A DNA stretch of 64,000 bases, taken from a virus. Position numbers and translations under genes: made by a program. The stretch is taken from positions 21,169 to 85,168 of the IMG/VR virus record IMGVR_UViG_3300046810_000466. The stretch is one strand, 5' to 3'. Of the stretch, positions 38,874-47,045 are shown one piece after another; position 1 is the first letter of the stretch, and each line of letters starts with the position of its first letter. Below the pieces are notes generated by a model that saw only the letters and a list, made by a program, of their open reading frames with translations, did not search any database and was not told the origin of the DNA.

Positions 38874-39429
38874 TGGCAGGCTGGGTACTTTGTGTGGCGT
38901 TGGTTGGGATCGGTTCGCGACCGTAGCGTTTGTAGATCTCGTTCCAGCGGCCGATGTTTTCCGAGTTGTCGATGTCCTTGTTGAACATGAACGAACGGCG
39001 GTCCATCTCGTTGGCCATGTAGTTCTCGGCCGCAGCGGCACCACGTGGCGCATGCATACGGGCGGTCATCAACATGTCGGTGACGCTTGGCATCGTGGCG
39101 GCTTTGCCGGTGCCGTCCAATGGATTGATAGCGGCTTGGGTGAAGAAAGGCGGAACGACGAACAGTTCGGCACCTTTCATATCGACCACAGTGACTTCGT
39201 TGAACGGACCGCGCGCCAGGTTAAACCACATCTCTGGCGTGATTGGCGTGCTGGTGTTGGGGTTGACCTCGCCGCAGAACATCGGCAAGAAGATGTTCAC
39301 GAAGTAGTCTTCGCGCAGGTGAACACGGTTAGCGGTCGACGTGGTCAGATCGTGGGATACTTCCTTGATCATGTCGAACAGGGATTGTTCAGCCATGGAC
39401 ATGGGGGCTTGAGTGGCTTGAGTGTTCAT
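38827..39429 (-). CDS. conserved chimallivirus protein
   Basis: 200 aa, GAGGA RBS; 'EDYFVNIFLPMF', 'LFVVPP', 'WNEIYKRYG'. Confidence 0.7.
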   Translation of the reverse strand: MNTQATQAPMSMAEQSLFDMIKEVSHDLTTSTANRVHLREDYFVNIFLPMFCGEVNPNTSTPITPEMWFNLARGPFNEVTVVDMKGAELFVVPPFFTQAAINPLDGTGKAATMPSVTDMLMTARMHAPRGAAAAENYMANEMDRRSFMFNKDIDNSENIGRWNEIYKRYGREPIPTNATQSTQPANVDIARDSSEFDSLC

Positions 39430-39444
39430 CTTGGTTTCCTCGAA

Positions 39445-39861
39445 TTAATTGGCACTGCCTGTATTATTAAGCTTCGTAATTTTTTCAAATTTGCCATCGA
39501 TCAATGACAGCAAATGTGAGACATCGTAACGCTCGCCGCCTTGGGTTACCAAGGCCGACAACATGATCTTGACACGGTTCGATGGATTGGTTTCGGTATC
39601 ATCTTCAACGTTCACCACGACAACGTCGTAGTAACGGCCCAGATACCGCTCCAGGGTCGTGCGAATGCTTTCCTTCAGCCGCGGGATATCATTGCCTGCT
39701 TGCTGGATCAGGATGGACAGATTGGCGATCGAGCCGTTATACAGATAGCTCTGGTTCGCATCTGATGCAAAGAAGTGTGCGATCAGGGTGTCTGTCTTTT
39801 CAACGATCGAATAGATCAGTCCTTTGGCGGACAATGTTGGGACTGGTTTCACGTTATTCAT
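39445..39861 (-). CDS. conserved small protein, possibly gp25-like baseplate component
   Basis: 138 aa, GGAGGG RBS; 'VPTLS', 'SDANQSYLY'. Confidence 0.6.
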   Translation of the reverse strand: MNNVKPVPTLSAKGLIYSIVEKTDTLIAHFFASDANQSYLYNGSIANLSILIQQAGNDIPRLKESIRTTLERYLGRYYDVVVVNVEDDTETNPSNRVKIMLSALVTQGGERYDVSHLLSLIDGKFEKITKLNNTGSAN

Positions 39862-39893
39862 ACTACCCTCCTCGGTGTCAGGCTACGATATGC

Positions 39894-39950
39894 AAAAAAA
39901 GATACATAACATCACGACCTGCCTACCGCCTTGTGAGCGGTAGGCAGGCG
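39894..39950 (-). terminator. hairpin terminator with TTATG motif and T-run
   Basis: CCTGCCTACCGC..GCGGTAGGCAGG 12-bp stem after the stop at 39957. Confidence 0.7.
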
Positions 39951-39956
39951 CGACTA

Positions 39957-40592
39957 TTACAACATATCGTTTTCTGGCGAGGATGGGTCCAGCAAGCTAT
40001 GCTTCAACGAGTAGCGCAGGCGTTCCCAAGTATTGGTAATTGCCTTCTGCTCATGGAAGTCCAGCTCCCGGTCACCTTCGAACAGTTCTTCGACATACAC
40101 TTCAAACTTCCAGCCACCGTCCGGTTGTTCTTCGGTTGGTGCCGTGGTCTGAAGCATGCCGTTCATTACACGCCGGTAATTGTAATCCTGATCCCCAATC
40201 TTGCCTGGGAAAGGATCAACGTAACTACCAGCATAGCCGTTGCATTGGCCATTGTGATACATTTGCCGCAGCGTAGGCTCCGACATCACATACCGCTGCA
40301 TGATCAAGCCGGCCTGCTGGATGTCATACATCGACTCCAGATCACTGATCTTATCGGATTGGAAGTAATTCTTCACCTTGGACAGCGCTGCACGTGCATG
40401 ACGCAACGCACCATCGCTGTGATAAGTCTCGTACGAGGTGAGCACATTCTGGGCGAACTGGCTACCCGTGGTCTGAATGTAACTCCCCAATACGCTGGCC
40501 TGCTCTTTCATGAACTGCAGCATGGACGGATGTGGTTCACCAGCAGTGAACAAGTTCAACTCCCGTTCACCACCGAACATCACCGTTGCCAT
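39957..40592 (-). CDS. conserved chimallivirus protein (phiKZ gp59 position)
   Basis: 211 aa, AAGGAG RBS; 'MQRYVMSEP', 'GYAGSYVD', 'YRRVMNG', terminal 'DPSS'. Confidence 0.65.
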   Translation of the reverse strand: MATVMFGGERELNLFTAGEPHPSMLQFMKEQASVLGSYIQTTGSQFAQNVLTSYETYHSDGALRHARAALSKVKNYFQSDKISDLESMYDIQQAGLIMQRYVMSEPTLRQMYHNGQCNGYAGSYVDPFPGKIGDQDYNYRRVMNGMLQTTAPTEEQPDGGWKFEVYVEELFEGDRELDFHEQKAITNTWERLRYSLKHSLLDPSSPENDML

Positions 40593-40618
40593 AATACTCC
40601 TTCCTTTTTTGGTACTAC

Positions 40619-42172
40619 TTAGGCTGCATCAGGGATCAATTCCATCCGTTTAAGAATCGTTGGGTCCGGAGGCAGAGTAGGTGCTGCTTCCAGAAGATTC
40701 GCGACAGTGGAGATCCATGGTTTGGTTTTGGCCAGATTGCCTGAGATGGTACGCGGGACCGACGTGGACATGGTGCTCTTGTAAGGAGCCATTGCTTCGA
40801 ATCGTTCTGCCATGTAATCGTCAACCAACAACGTGCCATTCATTTCGTCGCCGTCGAAGTCCGCGTTGAAGCCGCGCACCGTCAGGATCGACATCGACAC
40901 GGTCTGGTCAGCCGTATCGGTTTTCACTTTCGTGATGTAGAACAACTGCATCGAACCTAAGCCCAAGCTCGGGTTACGTTGGAACACCACCGGCAGACCC
41001 ATGTACTTCGATTCTGCGATGAGTTCCTGGAACAGCTCGTCGATCAACGGGTTGTAGTCCGTCGCATAACGAGACAAGAACCGGAAGATCTCGTTGGGTA
41101 GCCAGCCACGGCGCTTCAGCTTTGCTGCCAAATGCTGCCGCAACAAACCAACCGACACACCCCACGGCGTATGCAACTCGCGGTGATAATGGTCTTCAGT
41201 CAACGATGTGATCACAGCACGGAACGACCAATCGCAGCGCGTCGCCACCAAGTGCTTACGCGAAATACCTTCCTTGGACGAGAAGGTCTTCTTGTTGAAG
41301 TCCTGGTAGTACGTTGCCAACTGTGCCAATGCCCGCACGAAACGGTTTTGACGGACGATTGCTGTGTAGCCATTCAGCGGATCATCCAGACCAATCAGCG
41401 AATCGATCGCATCCACAGCGAGTGGCACGTTCGAATCCACATAAATGGCCATGTCCGTATCTTCGACTACCAGCAACGTTTTGTTGGGCAGTGCGAGATA
41501 GTTCGAGAAAATCTTGTTACGGTTCTCATCCAGCAATCGCAGGATGTGGTGCACTTCGTTCGGGTTGTCCTGCTTCTTCTTGCGGAAGTCACTGATGGTC
41601 AGCAGCTTCTCAATGATGCCAGGGCCGATCTGGAGACCAGTCTTAGGATCAATGGTTGCAAAGAAGTTCTTAACGAAGTAGTTATACCCCCGTGTGATAT
41701 CCAGCGACAGCAATTGCTGGAAGATCTTCGGTGGCTTATCCGGCGTGGGATACTTCGTATCGCACAACCAGTGAATAACGTTGAAGCGACCCTTCTTGAA
41801 GTGGTTCGACAAGATCGTCCAAATAATCGGATAGATCAAGCGCTCCACACCAGTTGGTTGTTTCAACCACACCAACGACTCCAGCTTCTGATCCCGGATG
41901 TTCATCACAGGCTTGTTGCAGGAATCGCAGATTACACCAAGAAAACGCTTGCCTTCCAAGCCACCCGACACACACTCACAACGTGGTTTGTTGGTGAGCA
42001 TATCCGACGGCTGGTACCGAGTGAAGATCTTATCGCGGAAAGCTTTACGTTCTTCCTCGGTATACCCTTGGAAGTGATTGACGATGACCGGATCGGTTCG
42101 CGACTGACGGAAAAACAAATCGTCGTGGCTAATGACGCGAAGGTAAGTACCTATGACATTCTCCTTTGGCAA
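40619..42172 (-). CDS. non-virion RNA polymerase catalytic beta-prime-like subunit (phiKZ gp55/56.1-like), uninterrupted
   Basis: N-terminal zinc finger (CEC...CDSC), 'FRAVITS', 'QRNPSL', catalytic 'FNADFDGDEM'; real start may be ATA at 42154. Confidence 0.92.
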   Translation of the reverse strand: MPKENVIGTYLRVISHDDLFFRQSRTDPVIVNHFQGYTEEERKAFRDKIFTRYQPSDMLTNKPRCECVSGGLEGKRFLGVICDSCNKPVMNIRDQKLESLVWLKQPTGVERLIYPIIWTILSNHFKKGRFNVIHWLCDTKYPTPDKPPKIFQQLLSLDITRGYNYFVKNFFATIDPKTGLQIGPGIIEKLLTISDFRKKKQDNPNEVHHILRLLDENRNKIFSNYLALPNKTLLVVEDTDMAIYVDSNVPLAVDAIDSLIGLDDPLNGYTAIVRQNRFVRALAQLATYYQDFNKKTFSSKEGISRKHLVATRCDWSFRAVITSLTEDHYHRELHTPWGVSVGLLRQHLAAKLKRRGWLPNEIFRFLSRYATDYNPLIDELFQELIAESKYMGLPVVFQRNPSLGLGSMQLFYITKVKTDTADQTVSMSILTVRGFNADFDGDEMNGTLLVDDYMAERFEAMAPYKSTMSTSVPRTISGNLAKTKPWISTVANLLEAAPTLPPDPTILKRMELIPDAA

Positions 42173-42212
42173 GAAGGAATAAAAAACAATTACTCTCTTT
42201 GACGCTCTCCGT

Positions 42213-42253
42213 AAAGAAAAAAAAGTGAAGCCCTTGCGGACTCCACTTTTCTC
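42213..42253 (-). terminator. terminator/attenuator after chimallin
   Basis: AAAAGTG..CACTTTT imperfect stem with long T-run on the minus strand. Confidence 0.55.
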
Positions 42254-42272
42254 GTTTACGAGTTAACCGCGA

Positions 42273-44213
42273 TTAGTACTTGCGGGTATGCGTCATGCCG
42301 CGGTAGCCGCCGCCGCTGTACGAGCTGCCGCCGGTGGTGTACATACCGGAGGTGAAGTTCGTCATCAGGGCGCCCGATTGCGCCAGGCCAGCAGCGTGAC
42401 GGATCTGCAGGCGTGCGTCTTCACGGGACATGTCGTTACGCAGCTTCAGGCCGGTGTCGGTGATCGCACGGTCCAGGCTGCTCAGGAAATCAGCAGTGAA
42501 GGACTTGTGGATTGCGATGCCGGTGAAGGTGACGTTGGACACGACCGATTCGATCAGCTTCGCACGTGCTGCCAGTTGTGCGTCGCTGCTGCCGCCGAAG
42601 GTAGCCATCCACTTCTTGCCGATGTCCGGGTCTTGATGACCGTCGCGGTTCAGCAGGTACAGCATGTCGATGATGCGGATGTCTTTCATCACACCGTGGT
42701 CATCGATGAAGTAGCCCATCAGCACGCGTTCCATACGCGGCACGGTGATCAGGCGCGAATGGGTGGTGTTGAAGATGGCGCTGAAGCGGCCGTCGGTCAG
42801 GCCGTCGGCTGCCTTAACGATGGCTTGATGTGCTGCCGGCACGTCGTTGGCTTCAGCGAACGGACGCAGGAACCAGGTCGAGTCGCCGCATTCCGGGATG
42901 TCGATCGACAGCGCCGCACCTGGCTGGATGATGCTCGAGGTCAGGTAGTTGAAGTTCTCGATCGTGAACTCGTTTTCGTTGTCCGTGTTGAATGGACCGA
43001 TGCTGGTGGCGCCTTGCTCCTTGTATTTGTAGTCGTAGTTCAGCGAACCCAGGTCGCGAGGACGGAAGTTGCCGCCGCGGCCGGTGTTGTGTTGCAGGTG
43101 TTTCGGCAGATAGTTGCGCAGCCATGGACGGGTGTTCGTGTCCAGCAGCGGGAACGCCGTCGAGATCATCAGCAGCACGTTGGCCAGGTCGACCTTGTTC
43201 AGCAGGTCGATGTTGGAGATGGTGATGTCACCAACGTATTCCTGGGTGTCGTTCGCGCCGGCTTGGCCAGTGGAGTACTGGTTCTGGCGGGCGGCGACCG
43301 GGTCGATTTGCAGCGTGGTGTAAGCCGACACTTTGCCGAATTCGACCACGTTCGCGGTGTTTTCGGTGTGCAGATCTTTCGACGACGAGTACGGCTGTTC
43401 CGAGCGGAAGTCAATCAGGATTTCCGAACGGATCGGCAGGCCGACTTTGTCCACGATGTCGATCGCCGGGTTGGCTTGGTCCTGGTTGAAGTGGATGGAC
43501 ACGACTGCGGTGTTGTCGCCAGCGGCGCCGGCCAGGCTGTCGTAGACGAAGTCCGGGCTTTTGTACGACAGTTCGGTCCAGCAGGCGCGCATGCAGTTGA
43601 TGAACAGGTCTTCGATCGCGAACTCGTCGGTCAGCTTGAAGTTGTCCGGCACCGTCGACCAGTCGGCCGAGAACAGGTTGGCTTGCGGGAACGACATCGC
43701 CACTTTCTTGCGGATCACTTGCGCCAGCGCTTCGTCGGCCAGGGTTGCCGGCGTACGTGGCGCGGTAGCTTGTTCAACCTGGTAGCCGCCGAACTGTTCG
43801 TTGCGGTTCGGTGCCGACACGGCCATTTCGCTGGCGACCAGCAGGGTGTGGTAGGCGTACTGGTTTTCCACGCCGACGACGAACAGGATCAGGCTGATTT
43901 TGTTGCTGAAGTTCTGGTCGATGATCGAGCTACGTGGCACAGGCAGGATCTTGATATCCAGGCCCTTGACGTCGACGTCCTGCTGCTTGTCGCGGTATTC
44001 GGTCAGCTTGTTGGTCAGTTCGGACAGAACGCGACCGTTGCTGTCTTTAGCCATTGGCGAACGGCCGCGCGTCATCAGACCACGCAGACCGCCGCCAACA
44101 GGTGCCGTAGCCTGGGGTTGCGGTTGCTGCTGAGCAGAACCGCCAGCAGTTGCATACGCACTCTCCATGGCGGTAGGCTGTTGTTGACCTGCGTTGATTT
44201 GATTACCTTGCAT
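42273..44213 (-). CDS. chmA: chimallin, phage nuclear shell protein (phiKZ gp54-like)
   Basis: 646 aa from ATG 44213 (AAGGA RBS), very strong codon bias, flexible Q-rich N- and G/Y-rich C-termini, directly upstream of the DFDGD nvRNAP subunit as in chimalliviruses. Confidence 0.82.
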   Translation of the reverse strand: MQGNQINAGQQQPTAMESAYATAGGSAQQQPQPQATAPVGGGLRGLMTRGRSPMAKDSNGRVLSELTNKLTEYRDKQQDVDVKGLDIKILPVPRSSIIDQNFSNKISLILFVVGVENQYAYHTLLVASEMAVSAPNRNEQFGGYQVEQATAPRTPATLADEALAQVIRKKVAMSFPQANLFSADWSTVPDNFKLTDEFAIEDLFINCMRACWTELSYKSPDFVYDSLAGAAGDNTAVVSIHFNQDQANPAIDIVDKVGLPIRSEILIDFRSEQPYSSSKDLHTENTANVVEFGKVSAYTTLQIDPVAARQNQYSTGQAGANDTQEYVGDITISNIDLLNKVDLANVLLMISTAFPLLDTNTRPWLRNYLPKHLQHNTGRGGNFRPRDLGSLNYDYKYKEQGATSIGPFNTDNENEFTIENFNYLTSSIIQPGAALSIDIPECGDSTWFLRPFAEANDVPAAHQAIVKAADGLTDGRFSAIFNTTHSRLITVPRMERVLMGYFIDDHGVMKDIRIIDMLYLLNRDGHQDPDIGKKWMATFGGSSDAQLAARAKLIESVVSNVTFTGIAIHKSFTADFLSSLDRAITDTGLKLRNDMSREDARLQIRHAAGLAQSGALMTNFTSGMYTTGGSSYSGGGYRGMTHTRKY

Positions 44214-44304
44214 GATGTTTCCTTTTTTGTGGTAAAGATTGTTAATTTGTTTGCGCAAACAAACGTAGGTGGTTAACACGACTATCTCTAGCTATGTCAG
44301 TATA

Positions 44305-44327
44305 GTGATATAGTCCTATTTCAATTT
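44305..44327 (-). promoter_or_regulatory. phiKZ-type early promoter (TATATCAC)
   Basis: AAATTGAAATAGGACTATATCAC ~90 nt upstream of chimallin. Confidence 0.7.
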
Positions 44328-44585
44328 AGAACCAGATCCTAACACAGGCCAAAAGCATTGAGCGAGAGCATAACTCAAACGTTTATGTGAGATGTACACC
44401 ATCTCCACTATAACATGGAGTATTGGCCGTAAATTTTTACACTGACCCATCCCATCTCCCTTGGACTGGTAGCTGTGCACCTCTCCAACTGATAGCAAAC
44501 ATAGGTATTTTTCTAACCCATGTCCGGTAACTCAGCAATCGTATGTTACCTCCCTCCCACATTCCTCTCATGGTGAATCCGTTCC

Positions 44586-45680
44586 ATGTATAGTCTCGTA
44601 GATGTTGACCCAAAAAAAGAATACGGTGTAGCACGCCTTCCTGAATGGAAGACCGTACAAGATGGGCTGAAAAGAAACTTGGTAGCGATGCTGGAGCATT
44701 ACCGCCATGCGAGCTATTCCGTGGCTTCTGACCACCTGCTTGTTCAGCTTATCCAATCCTTCAATGTGCCGTTGTCGCTTAATAGTGAACGGTACCACAG
44801 TAACATTAGCATGAGCGGGATGTTCACCGCCAATGCATTCCAACTCACCACACCGTTTGGCACAGGTAAGTTGTTCAATGGCGTGTTCTTTAATAGTGAC
44901 GTCAAAGAAGTCATCGTGGCTTACGACGAAGACTTCAATGTTGAAAAAGTTGAAGCCCGCTGGAAAGATGCTACACCGGTGCGCATCTTGCGTCATCCCT
45001 TCAACCATCTGAACTTGCAAGTACCTAACGGTAGATTCATCGGCAAACAATCCGGAGTCGCTGTTATCTCCGTGAATGTGTCCTTGCTGGCTGTACAATA
45101 CCGCTCGTTCGTGTTGGCGGAACTTCTGAAGCATCAGGTCAATCCAGAATACGTTCCACGTAACGTCATGCAGTTTGTTCACATGCATGTGTTGCCGAAC
45201 ATGCTGGAAAGTTATCTCGATTATGCGCTGTTTAATCGCATGGACAGTCTGTGGAACGACGAACCCTGCTATACAGTCCAGAGTCGGATAGCAATTCACC
45301 TGCCGACTTACGATCACCAGGTCTCGTCTATCTACAGTCGGTTGATTAAAATCCTGGAAGCTTCGAGTTATTCGGCTCCGGCGATGCTGTCAGCGATTCC
45401 GGTAGCTAGTGTCGCCGATCTTCGCAAAGTCATGTTCGTTCCCGATGTCGCCCCGACAAGACAAATTCTATGGTCTGTGCTTTTAGCGCGCATCCCAATG
45501 CTGTTATTCTTGGTGCGGGCAGCAAAGAAGGATGAACGCGTGCGGAACCAAATGGGATTGCATGATGTTGAAGTAACGCTCACCCGCTTGAAACGCCAAA
45601 AAGTACTTGATACAACCCTGCCAAAAGAGCTGTTCCAACCAACGATGGCCGCTATTGACGAAATCCTTAGCGCATTGTAA
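44586..45680 (+). CDS. virion protein, phiKZ gp52-like
   Basis: 364 aa; 'PVRILRHPFNHLNL', 'QFVHMHVLPNML'; opposite strand between chimallin and DNA polymerase. Confidence 0.65.
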   Translation: MYSLVDVDPKKEYGVARLPEWKTVQDGLKRNLVAMLEHYRHASYSVASDHLLVQLIQSFNVPLSLNSERYHSNISMSGMFTANAFQLTTPFGTGKLFNGVFFNSDVKEVIVAYDEDFNVEKVEARWKDATPVRILRHPFNHLNLQVPNGRFIGKQSGVAVISVNVSLLAVQYRSFVLAELLKHQVNPEYVPRNVMQFVHMHVLPNMLESYLDYALFNRMDSLWNDEPCYTVQSRIAIHLPTYDHQVSSIYSRLIKILEASSYSAPAMLSAIPVASVADLRKVMFVPDVAPTRQILWSVLLARIPMLLFLVRAAKKDERVRNQMGLHDVEVTLTRLKRQKVLDTTLPKELFQPTMAAIDEILSAL

Positions 45681-45701
45681 CTACCTGAAAGTTAAAACAA
45701 C

Positions 45702-46988
45702 ATGAAACGTCATTTCCAAATTGTGGCTGAGCAAGGGCCTACACTGTCGGTAGAAGAGGAAGCGATCCTCTCCGACGCTTCTTCCGAAGCGGAAGCAGCT
45801 GTCGACCTCGCAGCAGCCGAAGTTGAGCGCATCGGCGAAGTGTCCGATGTGGCTAACGATGCCATGCTCGTGGTTTCTGGCGTGCCGGAAGTCGGCAAGA
45901 TCGAAGCAGAGCTGGTTTCGGCAGTGGCTGAAATGGCAGTGGCAGGCACCGATGCCAATCCCGAAGAAGTCCTCGCTGTCTCCAGCGGCGACGGGATGAT
46001 GACCACCGAAGGCATCGTCAGCGCACTGCAAGCGATCTGGCGCGCTATCGTAACCGCCATCAAGAACCTGTGGGTTGGCCTCAAGCACTGGCTCACCACG
46101 TACTTCTCCACCCTGGAGCAGAACCGCAAGCATGCCGAAGAGCTGATCAAAAAGCTCGATGGGATGAAAGGTTTCGTACCGAACATCAAGAACGAAAGCA
46201 TTACCATTACCGACATCTTCGGCTATGGCGGCACCTACAAGGCGCTGAGCAAGTTGTTCGGTGGTGTTGACAGTGTCAATACCGCGTTCCAGGACTTCAC
46301 GCTGCAAGTCATCACTACCCAACCAGCGCTGATGGGTCCTATCGGCGAAGGCCTGGTGGCTGGTTACAAGGAGTTCGACGGCACCAACATCGACATCCTG
46401 GGTAACGTTGTTGACACGCTGCACCGCAAGATGACCGATTACTGCAAGAAGTTGGGCCTGACCAGCATCTCGACCAAGGACGACAAGTACGAGCACCGCG
46501 TGGCGTTCATGTCCGTGACCGCCAAAGGCTTCTCGCCTAAGATCGCCGCCGAAGCCAACTCGATGGAAACCAAGATCGCGTACCTGGCACGTATCCGTTT
46601 CGAAGCCAGCCAGCTGACCGACTTCGTCTCCACCAACGGCATCAACTTCCAGAACGATGTCTCCCCGGACATCCTGAAAGGTGTCGTCCAGAAACGCCTG
46701 GACTTCATCCAGAAGCTGATCCAAGCGAAGGGTGGCGACTTCAAGGCGCTGGAAACGCAAGCGGAGCACGTCGAGAAAGCGTGCGAGGAAATGCTGAGTC
46801 GCATCAAGGAAGACAACAAAGACGGTCAGGCCATGGCCAAACGTCTGATGCCGCTGGTTTCCGCCTACGCTAACTGGGCCACCCAGCCGGCTGCCAAAGT
46901 CATGTCCCTGGCATCGCGTCACAACAAGTTCTGGCTCTCGCTCGCCGAGATGACCTCAAACAACTTCGTCGCCGCAAGCGCCGAGTAA
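45702..46988 (+). CDS. internal head protein, displaced member of the gp93-97-like paralog family
   Basis: 'LSVEEEAILSD', 'AEMAVAGTDANPEEV' closely match ORFs at 780 and 2245; MTTEG site then 'IWRAIVTAIKNLW'. Confidence 0.75.
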   Translation: MKRHFQIVAEQGPTLSVEEEAILSDASSEAEAAVDLAAAEVERIGEVSDVANDAMLVVSGVPEVGKIEAELVSAVAEMAVAGTDANPEEVLAVSSGDGMMTTEGIVSALQAIWRAIVTAIKNLWVGLKHWLTTYFSTLEQNRKHAEELIKKLDGMKGFVPNIKNESITITDIFGYGGTYKALSKLFGGVDSVNTAFQDFTLQVITTQPALMGPIGEGLVAGYKEFDGTNIDILGNVVDTLHRKMTDYCKKLGLTSISTKDDKYEHRVAFMSVTAKGFSPKIAAEANSMETKIAYLARIRFEASQLTDFVSTNGINFQNDVSPDILKGVVQKRLDFIQKLIQAKGGDFKALETQAEHVEKACEEMLSRIKEDNKDGQAMAKRLMPLVSAYANWATQPAAKVMSLASRHNKFWLSLAEMTSNNFVAASAE

Positions 46989-46997
46989 TCGCATAAG

Positions 46998-47045
46998 CGT
47001 CATAGCTCCCTCTACCCCGCAAAGGGTAGAGGGAGTGTATGCCGT
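46998..47045. terminator. bidirectional hairpin flanked by CGTCATA / TATGCCGT
   Basis: CTCCCTCTACCC-CGCAAA-GGGTAGAGGGAG perfect stem between convergent genes. Confidence 0.75.

Noticed and set aside
38874-39053. 60-aa N-terminal extension of the SbcD-like ORF
   Set aside because: Overlaps the upstream gene and reads as off-frame sequence; no slippery site recognised, so true start likely at or after 38873
28352-42172. Possible introns, homing endonucleases or inteins in RNAP genes, as in phiKZ
   Set aside because: Both subunits are continuous ORFs of expected size with no HNH/LAGLIDADG or intein motifs
42273-44213. Major capsid protein call for the highly expressed 646-aa ORF
   Set aside because: Early promoter, no propeptide cleavage pattern, and position directly before the DFDGD nvRNAP subunit fit chimallin instead
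42288-44276. Long antisense ORFs (e.g. 662 aa opposite chimallin; also 26218..28260, 28652..30592, 32765..35014, 21379..23136, 45681..46922)
   Set aside because: They mirror real genes in register, lack RBS and protein-like composition, and are expected from strong codon bias that avoids TTA/CTA/TCA
44347-44428. tRNA gene
   Set aside because: Cloverleaf-like stems but no T-loop GTTC(G)A or D-loop consensus and no CCA end
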